IMG/VR virus record: IMGVR_UViG_3300020421_000008
Source: an uncultured virus (IMG/VR IMGVR_UViG_3300020421_000008)
Lineage: Duplodnaviria; Heunggongvirae; Uroviricota; Caudoviricetes
Strand: one strand, 5' to 3'
DNA length: 20,000 bases
In this document: positions 8,541 through 16,555 of the stretch, in pieces
Numbering within the stretch: the stretch's first letter is position 1
Layout: each line of letters starts with the position of its first letter
The notes under the pieces: generated by a model
What the model saw: the letters and a program-made list of their open reading frames with translations, nothing else
Told to the model about the DNA's origin: nothing
The model's database searches: none
Translations under genes and position numbers: made by a program

Positions 8541-8947
8541 TATCGCAACACCTTCCTTCCTATTTCTAGTAGTGAGTCTAAACTATTCCACATGTCAGAG
8601 CAGAGTTCAGCCCACTCGTAGTCTGTGTAATTGTATTGTCCCAAGTATGATTGTATTTGAGTTCCTGCACCGTTGTCACGGTATCCCATGATGGGCAAGT
8701 CCTCAATTTGAGTTTTGTGGAGTTCATTCCACTGTCCAACACTTTCAGAGAATAGTGATACGGAACCCCATGATTGGAAGTCGTAACTATTCCTGCGAAT
8801 GTCGGCTTTTAACCTTCGGACACTGGTACCGTAGGTGAAACTCATAATGAGTGTTCCGATAATATCATTACTATGATTATCTATCCGAACATCAAAAAAG
8901 AGTTCATCTTCTTTAGTTCCTGATCCGATTGGCAATTTTGTTTTCAT
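8540..8947 (-). CDS. hypothetical protein
   Basis: GGAGGT RBS; own promoter at 8993-9021. Confidence 0.8.
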   Translation of the reverse strand: MKTKLPIGSGTKEDELFFDVRIDNHSNDIIGTLIMSFTYGTSVRRLKADIRRNSYDFQSWGSVSLFSESVGQWNELHKTQIEDLPIMGYRDNGAGTQIQSYLGQYNYTDYEWAELCSDMWNSLDSLLEIGRKVLR

Positions 8948-8992
8948 ATGTACCTCCAGTACATCTGTAGAGGGCTTTCCTCCACAAACAAA

Positions 8993-9026
8993 ACATTAGC
9001 AGAGTTTTTATACCCTGTCAAGTCTT
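8993..9026 (-). promoter_or_regulatory. strong sigmaA promoter
   Basis: AAGAC-TTGACA-17-TAATGT. Confidence 0.8.
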
Positions 9027-9028
9027 GT

Positions 9029-9481
9029 TTAAGATTTTTTCAAATTATTTAGTACATTGATTTCTGAATCCCAGTCATCTCCGTACTGTTCGTTTTCCTG
9101 CAAAAAGCTTATGATGTTGTCCAATACACGATTGTTGTACTGGTCATCTGTTTCTACTATTGGACTTATTGGACTCGGATCAGAAGATATCTTCTCATAA
9201 GCATCTAACTCTACGAGTTCTTCCTCTACGAGCGTATGAATGTCAAGGCCTTTATCATCAAGCCCTAATTCAAAAAGATTATCTAAGTTTTCAATAATGT
9301 AATCTAGGACTTCGTGAAACTGTTGTTTCTTTCCCCGATCTTTATATTGCTTATATTCCTTCCGAAGATCAATAAGTTTGTCTGTAGCTTTTCGCACGGC
9401 TTTCCAGCCGTAGAAGTTATCCAGTTCTTGATCTGCTTCTTGTTCTTGGTTTATTTGATTTTCATTGTTTGGTTTTTTCAT
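9029..9481 (-). CDS. acidic hypothetical protein (start revised to ATG at 9481, MKKPNN)
   Basis: AGGAGGT RBS before 9481; promoter at 9516-9544 lies inside the longer ORF call. Confidence 0.8.
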   Translation of the reverse strand: MKKPNNENQINQEQEADQELDNFYGWKAVRKATDKLIDLRKEYKQYKDRGKKQQFHEVLDYIIENLDNLFELGLDDKGLDIHTLVEEELVELDAYEKISSDPSPISPIVETDDQYNNRVLDNIISFLQENEQYGDDWDSEINVLNNLKKS

Positions 9482-9515
9482 TTTACCTCCTGTAAAATTG
9501 TTAGTTAATATTTTG

Positions 9516-9554
9516 ACTTTAGCATAGGGGAGAGGCTCTGTCAAGCCCCTCCCC
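9516..9554 (-). promoter_or_regulatory. hairpin fused with a promoter (-35 in the loop)
   Basis: GGGGAGGGGCT-TGACAG-AGCCTCTCCCC; TTGACA-17-TAAAGT. Confidence 0.75.
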
Positions 9555-9560
9555 CAAACT

Positions 9561-10463
9561 TTAGACTGACGCAAGTAGCATGTCGCCAGTCCGAATGGTA
9601 AGGCTTTGAGCCTTTGCCGGATCGGATACAACATTAACTTGTTTCAGTTGTTTGCTCTTACCTTTAGTACCGATGTGGTACTCGTAAGACTGTACTGCTT
9701 GATAGAGAGAGTAAGCGTTATGCCCGAAGGTATTTGCTTCTTCCTCGTAGTAGTACATGATTCCATCACGACGTTTTTGCGCAGCATTTTGTGCTTTGGT
9801 ATTAGCGTCTGGATCAAAGTCCAACAGTGGAGCAACTTCGTCAAGGATTGTGTTCCGTAGACCACTGGTCATCGGTAAACCTTTGAGCATAGTTGCATTG
9901 GTGATGAACCTATCAAAAGCATCAGCATAACTTGACATTATCTGAGCTTTTTGGAACAGTAAGCCATCGTGGTTACGAGTTCGCTTCTGTGCAATTTGGA
10001 GAGTACCTTGTCCCTCTTGGTTAGTACAGAAAGGTCGGAACGTAAAACCGATTGCTTTTGTTTTGTAGGTGCTGTTAAGACTAGCAGTGTACATAATGTG
10101 TTTAGTTAAAGAGTCACCGTCACCGAAAGAGAATGTATCTTCTATATCTTGAGTGAACACTAGAACTGCACCATTATCCCATGTCTGCATACCAGTAACA
10201 CTTTCAGGGAACATGGCCTCAGCCGTGTTCAGAAGTGATTGGTATGATCCAGCATAGTAGCCTTCTTTAACGCCAGCATTGAGAACAACTTGAGTACCGT
10301 CTGCCATATCACGGTAAATAGTAAATGACGAATCATCTACAGTTCCGTTAGGAAGAATAGTACCTGTTAGTTGTGGCTCAAAGAGAGCATCAGCATCTAA
10401 CGCAGCATCAGTGGCCGATAAGCCCTGATCCCATGTTTTATTTCTAGTTAGCATATGTGCCAT
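9561..10463 (-). CDS. DUF932/DUF945-like phage/plasmid protein
   Basis: FRPFCTNQ, KRTRN and NAYSLYQAV.SYEYH motifs; 300 aa; GGAGGT RBS. Confidence 0.8.
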   Translation of the reverse strand: MAHMLTRNKTWDQGLSATDAALDADALFEPQLTGTILPNGTVDDSSFTIYRDMADGTQVVLNAGVKEGYYAGSYQSLLNTAEAMFPESVTGMQTWDNGAVLVFTQDIEDTFSFGDGDSLTKHIMYTASLNSTYKTKAIGFTFRPFCTNQEGQGTLQIAQKRTRNHDGLLFQKAQIMSSYADAFDRFITNATMLKGLPMTSGLRNTILDEVAPLLDFDPDANTKAQNAAQKRRDGIMYYYEEEANTFGHNAYSLYQAVQSYEYHIGTKGKSKQLKQVNVVSDPAKAQSLTIRTGDMLLASV

Positions 10464-10519
10464 ATTTTTGGACCTCCATTAGGTCGGTGTTATTATCAAG
10501 CGATTTACTTGATAAGTAA

Positions 10520-10548
10520 ACTTTAGCATAGTTTTTTATATGTGTCAA
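10520..10548 (-). promoter_or_regulatory. strong sigmaA promoter
   Basis: TTGACA-17-TAAAGT. Confidence 0.8.
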
Positions 10549-10555
10549 GTTTTAA

Positions 10556-10873
10556 TTAAGATTTTCTGTCCTGATCCCAATCTTCGTGGTTAGGACCAGC
10601 CTCTCCAGTTAAGAACTGTATGCCACCATCTATGTCAAGAAAGCCTCGCTCGATTCCTTCCTTTACCCATGCTTCCGCAAAAGTTGGGCTAAGGTTTCTA
10701 TGGATTCTCTCTCGTGCGCAAGTTAATGCCATCATGTCATCAGTTGCTTCTGGATAAGCATCATCAGGATTCATAAGATCATTATGTTCTTCCATCTGAT
10801 TTAAGTGCGAGTCAATAGCAGCGCTAACTTGCTCCCACTCTTGTTCTGTTAATTCTACGTTTAGATTAGGCAT
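10556..10873 (-). CDS. acidic hypothetical protein
   Basis: AAGGAG RBS; ORF track. Confidence 0.8.
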   Translation of the reverse strand: MPNLNVELTEQEWEQVSAAIDSHLNQMEEHNDLMNPDDAYPEATDDMMALTCARERIHRNLSPTFAEAWVKEGIERGFLDIDGGIQFLTGEAGPNHEDWDQDRKS

Positions 10874-11033
10874 GTTGCCACGCTCCTTTAGGTGTTAGTG
10901 AACCTGCCCATTGCTCGACTGCTTCAAAGACTCCACACTCACTGCATATGTCAGTTTCATTGTCTGTCCGACTAAGAGCCGGATATTCTGTTAATTCATT
11001 TATCCCACATCGTGGGCATTTATCGGTATTCAT
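10866..11033 (-). CDS. 55-aa Zn-ribbon protein (CPRCG...PALSRTDN..ICSECG)
   Basis: Translated by hand. AGGAGGT RBS; promoter TTGACA-17-TAATAA at 11070-11098. Confidence 0.8.
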   Translation of the reverse strand: MNTDKCPRCGINELTEYPALSRTDNETDICSECGVFEAVEQWAGSLTPKGAWQHA

Positions 11034-11114
11034 TTTGGACCTCCTTGATCCTGTTCGTTGTTAATACAATTATTAGCACAAGTTTTCTGGCTTGTCAAGT
11101 CTTATTTAAGATTT

Positions 11115-11396
11115 TTACCAATTACGCCAATTTCTTCCCCATCTTGGAGAAGTAGAACGTAAGTAAAAAGCTAATTCAGGATACTTTTCCTCAATAGAAC
11201 TTGGTAGGTAAACGTGGACCAGCAGGTCCAGTCTTCTAATAAACTTACAAGGGGAGCCGAACCAGAACCTACTGCAAGGTTTCGTTTCGCTCTTAATGAA
11301 CTTGCGAATCCTTCCATGATCTATGTCCCAGTAGTCAATTCCTATCTTGTTTGCCAGCATCATGATGCCTATTTGGTAGTTGTTTAATTTATTCAT
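11115..11396 (-). CDS. basic hypothetical protein, leaderless
   Basis: TTGACA(11426-31)-17-CATACT, then 6 nt to the ATG. Confidence 0.65.
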   Translation of the reverse strand: MNKLNNYQIGIMMLANKIGIDYWDIDHGRIRKFIKSETKPCSRFWFGSPCKFIRRLDLLVHVYLPSSIEEKYPELAFYLRSTSPRWGRNWRNW

Positions 11397-11489
11397 AAGA
11401 ACAGTATGACATACTTTGTTTCAGTTGTCAAGTAATTTTTATTTAAGATTTACTTGCAATGGTATTCAAGACCTGCTACAGTGGAACAC

Positions 11490-11828
11490 ATGAAAGTAAA
11501 AGTTTATTACAACTTACATAAACATACATTTAGTATTCAAACCAAAACCCCGAAGGGGTGGAGGGTTACTGACTATGCTGACTCACTAAACCTGACAGAC
11601 GTTGAGTTTAGAGTGAGTGAGGCTGGCCGTAGAAGGGTGCTAAAGGAAGGCAGGAAGAATGTCCACGCCTTTGTAATCGGAACACTCACAGATGAGGAAT
11701 TAGACACGACAATAGATGTCTCTTACAATCCGTACAAGGCTGGTCATTTCTTTCGCAAGGATAACGGAGAGCCAGTTAAAAAAGCTCGTAAAGTTACCTT
11801 ACTTAATAGGCAAGTTAAAATTTCTTAA
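11490..11828 (+). CDS. conserved phage protein (VYYNLHK..FS...RKNVHAFV.G...YNPYK type); leaderless, start revised to 11490
   Basis: TTGCAA(11454)-17-TACAGT, then 7 nt to the ATG; motif pattern recalled from phage proteins. Confidence 0.85.
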   Translation: MKVKVYYNLHKHTFSIQTKTPKGWRVTDYADSLNLTDVEFRVSEAGRRRVLKEGRKNVHAFVIGTLTDEELDTTIDVSYNPYKAGHFFRKDNGEPVKKARKVTLLNRQVKIS

Positions 11829-11831
11829 AAA

Positions 11832-11865
11832 AAGACTTGACAAACCTTTAAGAGTCTGCTAATGT
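11832..11865 (+). promoter_or_regulatory. strong sigmaA promoter driving an ORF-free transcript
   Basis: AAGAC-TTGACA-17-TAATGT. Confidence 0.8.
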
Positions 11866-11871
11866 ATTTAT

Positions 11872-12312
11872 ATCCGGTAACAGGAGGTGGGGCGCTGCGG
11901 CTACCCCACCAAAGTTACAGGTAACATATCGGAACTATATTCGACCTTGCTGGTCTGGATTATATGGGAGCCTAGCGACCTGATTCAACCTCAAACGATT
12001 TGTATCCGGTATGTTACACACAATAGAATAAAAAACGGATACTGGAGTCACTACCAGTATTGAAGTAGAACCAAAAGGTTTCTATTAGCACCATAGTTAC
12101 TTAGAGTATGGGATGCTAAATATAGACTCCGAGTCGGTAAAGATACTATTTTGTAAGATGAGAGTGACGGCGTGAAAGCGTGCTGTTGATCTACTTCGTC
12201 GTTTGGCTTGAAGGCTGCTCGTGAGTACGAAAGCGCTTTCGTGGGTTCATCAGACCGCTTCAAGTCAGGCAAAGCCTCACCTAAAGTTATAAACACTAGG
12301 GTGGGGTTTCTT
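11872..12312 (+). ncRNA. candidate large structured ncRNA (about 440 nt), family not recognised
   Basis: Promoter upstream, no sense ORF, many nested stems (11921-33/12005-17; 12062-69/12190-97; GGCTTGAAG/CTTCAAGTC), terminal hairpin with U-rich tail. Confidence 0.7.
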
Positions 12313-12333
12313 CCTGGTTGCTGGTCTTGCCAA

Positions 12334-12445
12334 CCGTAGGGATACCATAGGGACACCATTGAGCTCATATAGCACTAAGGAAGTCCCGAAAGAAACTGGA
12401 CTATCTCACCCTTCTTTTGATTTTGACCAGATTTGACCAGACTTG
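12334..12445 (+). repeat. composite boundary element
   Basis: 2x TAGGGAYACCA, GTCCCG-AAAGAAA-CTGGAC (12383-12401), TTTGACCAGA x2. Confidence 0.75.
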
Positions 12446-12591
12446 GCCTGCTGCTGCTTTCGCTGCTGTTTGCTGGAGTTCAACAAAGCGCAGGGGAAGT
12501 CCTATCTTTTTTTTGTTTCGGTTTTGTCTCCGAAAATATATGTCTGGTTTTGGGTGAACAGTTTTGAGTCATGTTCAGGACTGTGGTGGAA

Positions 12592-12843
12592 TTAGAGGAC
12601 TGGGATTATCTGAAGTTCCTCTATGCTTGTGGCAAGAGAACCTCCGTCATTTCCTTCGTCATCTGACATGGGTATTATCCATGTTCCATCATCAAAAGTA
12701 ATTGCGATTGGTCGCTTGTACCAATAATTATCTTCTGCTTCTTTTGGAGAGAGATACTCAACACTCGTGATTGTCTTACCGACAAGCTCCTTGCTGATTC
12801 GCTCTATCCATTTTGTTTCAATGTCTTGCATTGTGTCGCTCAT
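12592..12843 (-). CDS. conserved phage hypothetical protein (DDEGNDGG motif)
   Basis: GGAGGT RBS; promoter TTGACA(12902-07)-17-TACCAT. Confidence 0.85.
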   Translation of the reverse strand: MSDTMQDIETKWIERISKELVGKTITSVEYLSPKEAEDNYWYKRPIAITFDDGTWIIPMSDDEGNDGGSLATSIEELQIIPVL

Positions 12844-12951
12844 AGTACCTCCATGAGTTATAGTTGTTTACGTCAGTAATGGTAGCAGGCCTGATTTACC
12901 TTGTCAAGTCATTATTCCAAAAATAATTATTTAATTTTATTGTGTTCGAGG

Positions 12952-12980
12952 TTGTCATTGTCACACCCATCTGGTAAATT
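12952..12980 (+). promoter_or_regulatory. promoter with TGTC element
   Basis: TTGTCA-T-TGTCAC-N10-TAAATT; AT-rich UP-like tract upstream. Confidence 0.6.
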
Positions 12981-13030
12981 GAATATACCGATGAGGAAGC
13001 AAATAAAATTTATTTGAAAAATCTTAGGTA

Positions 13031-13064
13031 AAGACTTGACAGAAAGAAAACGATCTGTTAAGTT
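13031..13064 (+). promoter_or_regulatory. strong sigmaA promoter
   Basis: AAGAC-TTGACA-17-TAAGTT. Confidence 0.75.
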
Positions 13065-13097
13065 GAAAACACACTAATAAGTCATGGAGGACTTAAA

Positions 13098-13481
13098 ATG
13101 AATACAACAGTAATTATTAACCAAACTAAAGTAGAGGAGTTAGCAGCCCAAAAAGTTGTTGAACTTCGTTCCGCTTTAGCAGATGCAAAAGATGCAGTTG
13201 AAGAAGCAGAAGCGCAATTCAAAGCGTTAGATGTTGAATCTGTAACTCTTGCAGACGGAACCAAAGTTGCAATCGTCACACAAAATAGACGAAGCATTGA
13301 CAATGAGGTTCTCAAAGATGTTCTTCCACAAGGACAACATCAAAGAGTAACCAAACGAGTCGGTGACATGAAACTCATTGACGGAGCAATCGAAGCAGGT
13401 TGGTTAGATGGAGACTTGGTAAACCAAGCAATCACCGTCAAAGAAGTACAATCGCTGAAAGTTACCCAACCAAAGCGATAA
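13098..13481 (+). CDS. hypothetical protein with N-terminal coiled coil; paralog of 19394-19774
   Basis: GGAGG RBS; about 74% aa identity to the paralog by manual alignment. Confidence 0.9.
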   Translation: MNTTVIINQTKVEELAAQKVVELRSALADAKDAVEEAEAQFKALDVESVTLADGTKVAIVTQNRRSIDNEVLKDVLPQGQHQRVTKRVGDMKLIDGAIEAGWLDGDLVNQAITVKEVQSLKVTQPKR

Positions 13482-13489
13482 GTTATTTG

Positions 13490-13528
13490 GGCTAGGGAGT
13501 TGCAATAGACTCCCTAGCCTGATACACT
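13490..13528 (+). promoter_or_regulatory. hairpin fused with a promoter (-35 in the loop)
   Basis: GGCTAGGGAGT-TGCAATAG-ACTCCCTAGCC; TTGCAA-17-TACACT. Confidence 0.75.
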
Positions 13529-13564
13529 CGTAATATGTTAAACAAACCAAAGTCAGGAGACTTT

Positions 13565-13726
13565 ATGAAAAACACAATAGAGGTAGAGGAAACTTTACCA
13601 GATGAAGAAATTGAAAGTATGTTAGCGGAGCTAAATGTTCCTAATGACATTCATTTCAGTGACGAGGTACCAGATTATCAAGGTATCCGAGACATGGCAG
13701 ATGATCTGCTAGAAAGTAGAGGCTAA
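13565..13726 (+). CDS. small acidic protein (alternative leaderless start at 13535)
   Basis: AGGAG RBS before 13565. Confidence 0.75.
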   Translation: MKNTIEVEETLPDEEIESMLAELNVPNDIHFSDEVPDYQGIRDMADDLLESRG

Positions 13727-13727
13727 T

Positions 13728-14363
13728 ATGCCGAACCATTGCGAAAACTACCTAGAGGTAGAAGGACCAGCGTCTGATGTAAGACGTTTCGAGGAAGCGA
13801 TCAGGGATCAGGTAACTGATGACGTTCGTATCGTAAACCTCATGCCCATGCCAGAAATACTTGAGGGTACTAAATCCCCAAGTCCAAAATCAGAGCAATT
13901 TGATGAAGATGGAAAGTATATGGAATGGGTGAACAATCCAACCAATGAAAATTGGAATATGGATAAGTACAATAAAGCAAAAGCGATTCATGCAGAAGAG
14001 TGGGCTGCTGGTATTGAGGCTAGAGAAACAACAGGTTTCAGTGACTGGTACTCGTGGGCAATCTCTGACGAGAATTGGGGAACCAAATGGGGAGACTATG
14101 AAACCCATCTGGACTCTTACTACGATGATGAACGTGGACAGATAGATGGTCGTTTTGAAACGGCATGGAGTCCATTAAGTAATTCATTCTGGGAGCATGT
14201 GTCTAAACAATTCCCTACCCTAAAAATTAGCGTATCTTTCCGAGAGGAAGGTATGTGCTTCGAGGGAGGGCAAGCGTACTTTGCCGGAGAGTGTCACTAC
14301 GATGAGACTAGCGAATTGTCTGCTCATCATAGTAGCGCTAGAGGAGCATTAGCGAATCTATAA
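13728..14363 (+). CDS. DUF1281/YubB ferredoxin-like-fold family protein
   Basis: MPNHCEN.L, WY.W...NWGTKW and FETAWSP motifs. Confidence 0.85.
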   Translation: MPNHCENYLEVEGPASDVRRFEEAIRDQVTDDVRIVNLMPMPEILEGTKSPSPKSEQFDEDGKYMEWVNNPTNENWNMDKYNKAKAIHAEEWAAGIEARETTGFSDWYSWAISDENWGTKWGDYETHLDSYYDDERGQIDGRFETAWSPLSNSFWEHVSKQFPTLKISVSFREEGMCFEGGQAYFAGECHYDETSELSAHHSSARGALANL

Positions 14364-14370
14364 TATCATG

Positions 14371-14408
14371 CCGGAGAGGTTGCAATGCCTCTCCGGTTTT
14401 GGTATCCT
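14371..14408 (+). terminator. terminator hairpin fused with a promoter (-35 in the loop)
   Basis: CCGGAGAGG-TTGCAATG-CCTCTCCGG-TTTT; TTGCAA-17-TATCCT. Confidence 0.8.
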
Positions 14409-14447
14409 TAAACTAACAACAAATCAGCCTAGACAAAAGGAGTCAAA

Positions 14448-14633
14448 ATGGCTAGAACTAAGAAAAAGCTAAAAATAGAATTAGAACCATATGACATACA
14501 CAAGTCAATACGGAAATTAGCGTATGAGTCCAAAGTGGCACACATGCAAGAAGGCCGTAGACAGCGTGCAGTCAAGTTTACTAATCGTAAAAAAGAAGCA
14601 AGTCGTAAGGCTTGTAGAAAGGGGAACTGGTAA
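14448..14633 (+). CDS. small highly basic protein
   Basis: AAGGAG RBS; TAATG coupling. Confidence 0.8.
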   Translation: MARTKKKLKIELEPYDIHKSIRKLAYESKVAHMQEGRRQRAVKFTNRKKEASRKACRKGNW

Positions 14634-14917
14634 TGAGTATTGAGTTTCAAGAACGAACAGATACCGAAGCACTACCATTTAGTGATCGTCTTTACCTAGT
14701 AATGGAATCCCTCAAGATGGTAGAAGAAGGTTTAGAAATCCTTTATCAAGAGGCTCTTGATGAAGGACATGATGACAATGAACTCCTAGAGGACTCGCTC
14801 ATGGAAATGAGAGAGACAGCCTTTATGACAGTTCTGCGGAGTCATACTAATGGAAGAACTGAAATCAGACAGATGGTTAAAGCAGTAGCAATAGAAGTAG
14901 GTGAGGACCTTGAATAA
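14633..14917 (+). CDS. acidic hypothetical protein
   Basis: Coupled to the upstream ORF. Confidence 0.8.
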   Translation: MSIEFQERTDTEALPFSDRLYLVMESLKMVEEGLEILYQEALDEGHDDNELLEDSLMEMRETAFMTVLRSHTNGRTEIRQMVKAVAIEVGEDLE

Positions 14918-15015
14918 AGATTGGGATACTATTTACTTCAGGAGACGCATAGGTGTCTCTATAATACTTGCCGTAGCAGTCTTTCTGTTTGCATTCATAG
15001 GAGGTAATCTCGTAC

Positions 15016-15546
15016 ATGGGTGCTAATAGAACTTTAGCGAGAGGAGACTTGCGGGTCGTCAATGGCGACTCGCTTGTTCTCGTTCTTGACATACACGAAG
15101 AAGATGGATACAAGTGGGCAGAAGTTATGCCTATCCACGACCAACTAGACATGGCTACAGCAGTAGACTTAGTTGTGTCTACAGAGTCTCCTTCTCTTAC
15201 CATTTTTGAGGGAAGTGAACTATTAGATCATCTGGTAGTACAGACTGATCTTTTAAGTACTTGTGATCTGGAGCATATCGGAGCATTAGTAGGAGAGTTT
15301 GGTGATCATGAATGTGACTGCCTAAACGAGCTCTGGAGTTCTAAAGAACGTAAACCAACAATTACTAGCGTCTACCACTACACTGGTGAACCTTTCAGTA
15401 ACAAAGGTTTAGAGGAAGCGAAGAAGGACCCACGCTGGTCATTCAAAGTAGATCAAGGTAAACACACTCAAGAGAGGCAAAGTAAGTCATTAACGATCTT
15501 ATTTGAGATGATGGATAACGGAGAACTACAGAACTTAACTCTGTAA
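15016..15546 (+). CDS. hypothetical protein
   Basis: AGGAGGT RBS; TATAAT at 14960. Confidence 0.8.
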   Translation: MGANRTLARGDLRVVNGDSLVLVLDIHEEDGYKWAEVMPIHDQLDMATAVDLVVSTESPSLTIFEGSELLDHLVVQTDLLSTCDLEHIGALVGEFGDHECDCLNELWSSKERKPTITSVYHYTGEPFSNKGLEEAKKDPRWSFKVDQGKHTQERQSKSLTILFEMMDNGELQNLTL

Positions 15547-15637
15547 AATCTTACCTAAAGACTTGCAATTTACTGTAGACGGTGTATAATGGAGTTATCG
15601 CAAGGAAGTACCGAGCGAAGTTAGGAATAGACAAAAG

Positions 15638-15856
15638 ATGTTAAAAGAACTAACAAAAGATACAGTACGAGTAGAACTTGAGGGCCAACTGCAAATGTTT
15701 ACCCAAGATGAACTACTCGGTAACAGAATAGCCAAAGAAGGTTGTACACGATGTTCTTGTGGCTCTAAGTATTGGGAAAATGATCACTGCCATAGTTGCG
15801 GAAAAATGGTCATAGTTGTTCGAGAGTTTCAATACGGAGAACAATTCCCCATCTAA
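15638..15856 (+). CDS. small Zn-ribbon protein (C.RC.CG...C.SCG)
   Basis: Promoter TTGCAA-16-TATAAT at 15563-15590; Cys pattern. Confidence 0.8.
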   Translation: MLKELTKDTVRVELEGQLQMFTQDELLGNRIAKEGCTRCSCGSKYWENDHCHSCGKMVIVVREFQYGEQFPI

Positions 15857-15867
15857 ATCCCAGCAGC

Positions 15868-15897
15868 GAACTCCGGCCCGAAAGGGTCGGGGTTTCT
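15868..15897 (+). terminator. intrinsic terminator with GAAA loop
   Basis: ACTCCGGCCC-GAAA-GGGTCGGGGT-TTC. Confidence 0.75.
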
Positions 15898-15916
15898 GCA
15901 TGTCCTTTTAGAGTGA

Positions 15917-16012
15917 TGTTAAGCCAACCTAACAAAAAGAGTTAAGCATACCTAACCGGGTCCCGATATAGTCGGGGCTATTAGACCTCAGGTAAACTTT
16001 GACCTGACCTCC
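15917..16012 (+). repeat. two GTTAAG-N4-CCTAAC boxes, a GTCCCG-N7-CGGGGC palindrome and GACCT repeats
   Basis: Boxes at 15918-33 and 15941-56; palindrome at 15960-78. Confidence 0.75.
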
Positions 16013-16217
16013 TTCATCTTTTGCTCCTTTTAGCTCTGCCTGAGCTGAGCAAAAACTGTCATTTTTGATTAGTTTTGCCAAATTTTCTACTGGCCTGCCC
16101 GCTGGTCTCCCGTTTTTTGTCAAAAACTTTCAAAAACGACAGATTTTCGCTGCTATTTTGCCGCTATTTTGCCGCTACTGGGAATAAAAAATTATTTAAG
16201 AAATTGTTGGACAAAGG

Positions 16218-16246
16218 TTGCTTTTGTCTCACCCTTATGTTAAGAT
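16218..16246 (+). promoter_or_regulatory. promoter with TGTC element driving an ncRNA
   Basis: TTGCTT-T-TGTCTC-N10-TAAGAT. Confidence 0.65.
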
Positions 16247-16251
16247 GGGCG

Positions 16252-16526
16252 TAGCCCGAAAGGGTGGCAGGGGGAAACCCCGAATTGACAACTGAATATC
16301 CATTCGGTTGGGTTGCAACTAAGGGCCCACCGAACTTCGTGGAAAGAGGTTCTTTTTACCAAAAAACCTACCAGAAGTGGAAACGGAAACCATCAAAAGA
16401 ACCGAAAGGTACGGTGCGGACTCCTCAAAAACCTTGCAAGGTGGAGGGCGAACCTAAATGGCAAACAAGATACCCTTCGCAAGTAGAGAGTGAAGAACCG
16501 ATCCACCGAAGTTCGGTGGGCTTTTC
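16252..16526 (+). ncRNA. candidate structured ncRNA (about 275 nt) rich in GNRA tetraloops
   Basis: GCCC-GAAA-GGGT, GGG-GAAA-CCC, ACC-GAAA-GGT; perfect 15-bp long-range stem 16325-39/16507-21 followed by TTTT. Confidence 0.7.
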
Positions 16527-16555
16527 GCCTGGTTGGGGTTGGGGCGAGCTGCATA

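Noticed and set aside
9482..9634. N-terminal extensions in the ORF track (9634, also 11454 and 17233 starts)
   Set aside because: The extensions run through promoters or hairpins; better starts are at 9481, 11490 and 17362.
11872..12312. tmRNA, RNase P RNA or tRNA identity for the long RNA
   Set aside because: No tRNA-like acceptor/T-arm ends, no GAGGAAAGUCC P4 motif, no cloverleaf.
12051..12368. 105-aa minus-strand ORF
   Set aside because: No RBS or promoter, starts inside the boundary repeat, and is antisense to a promoter-driven structured RNA.
16370..16470. c-di-GMP-I (GEMM) riboswitch or group II intron domain V
   Set aside because: Only GNRA hairpins match; the conserved junction nucleotides and catalytic triad context are absent, and no gene follows.
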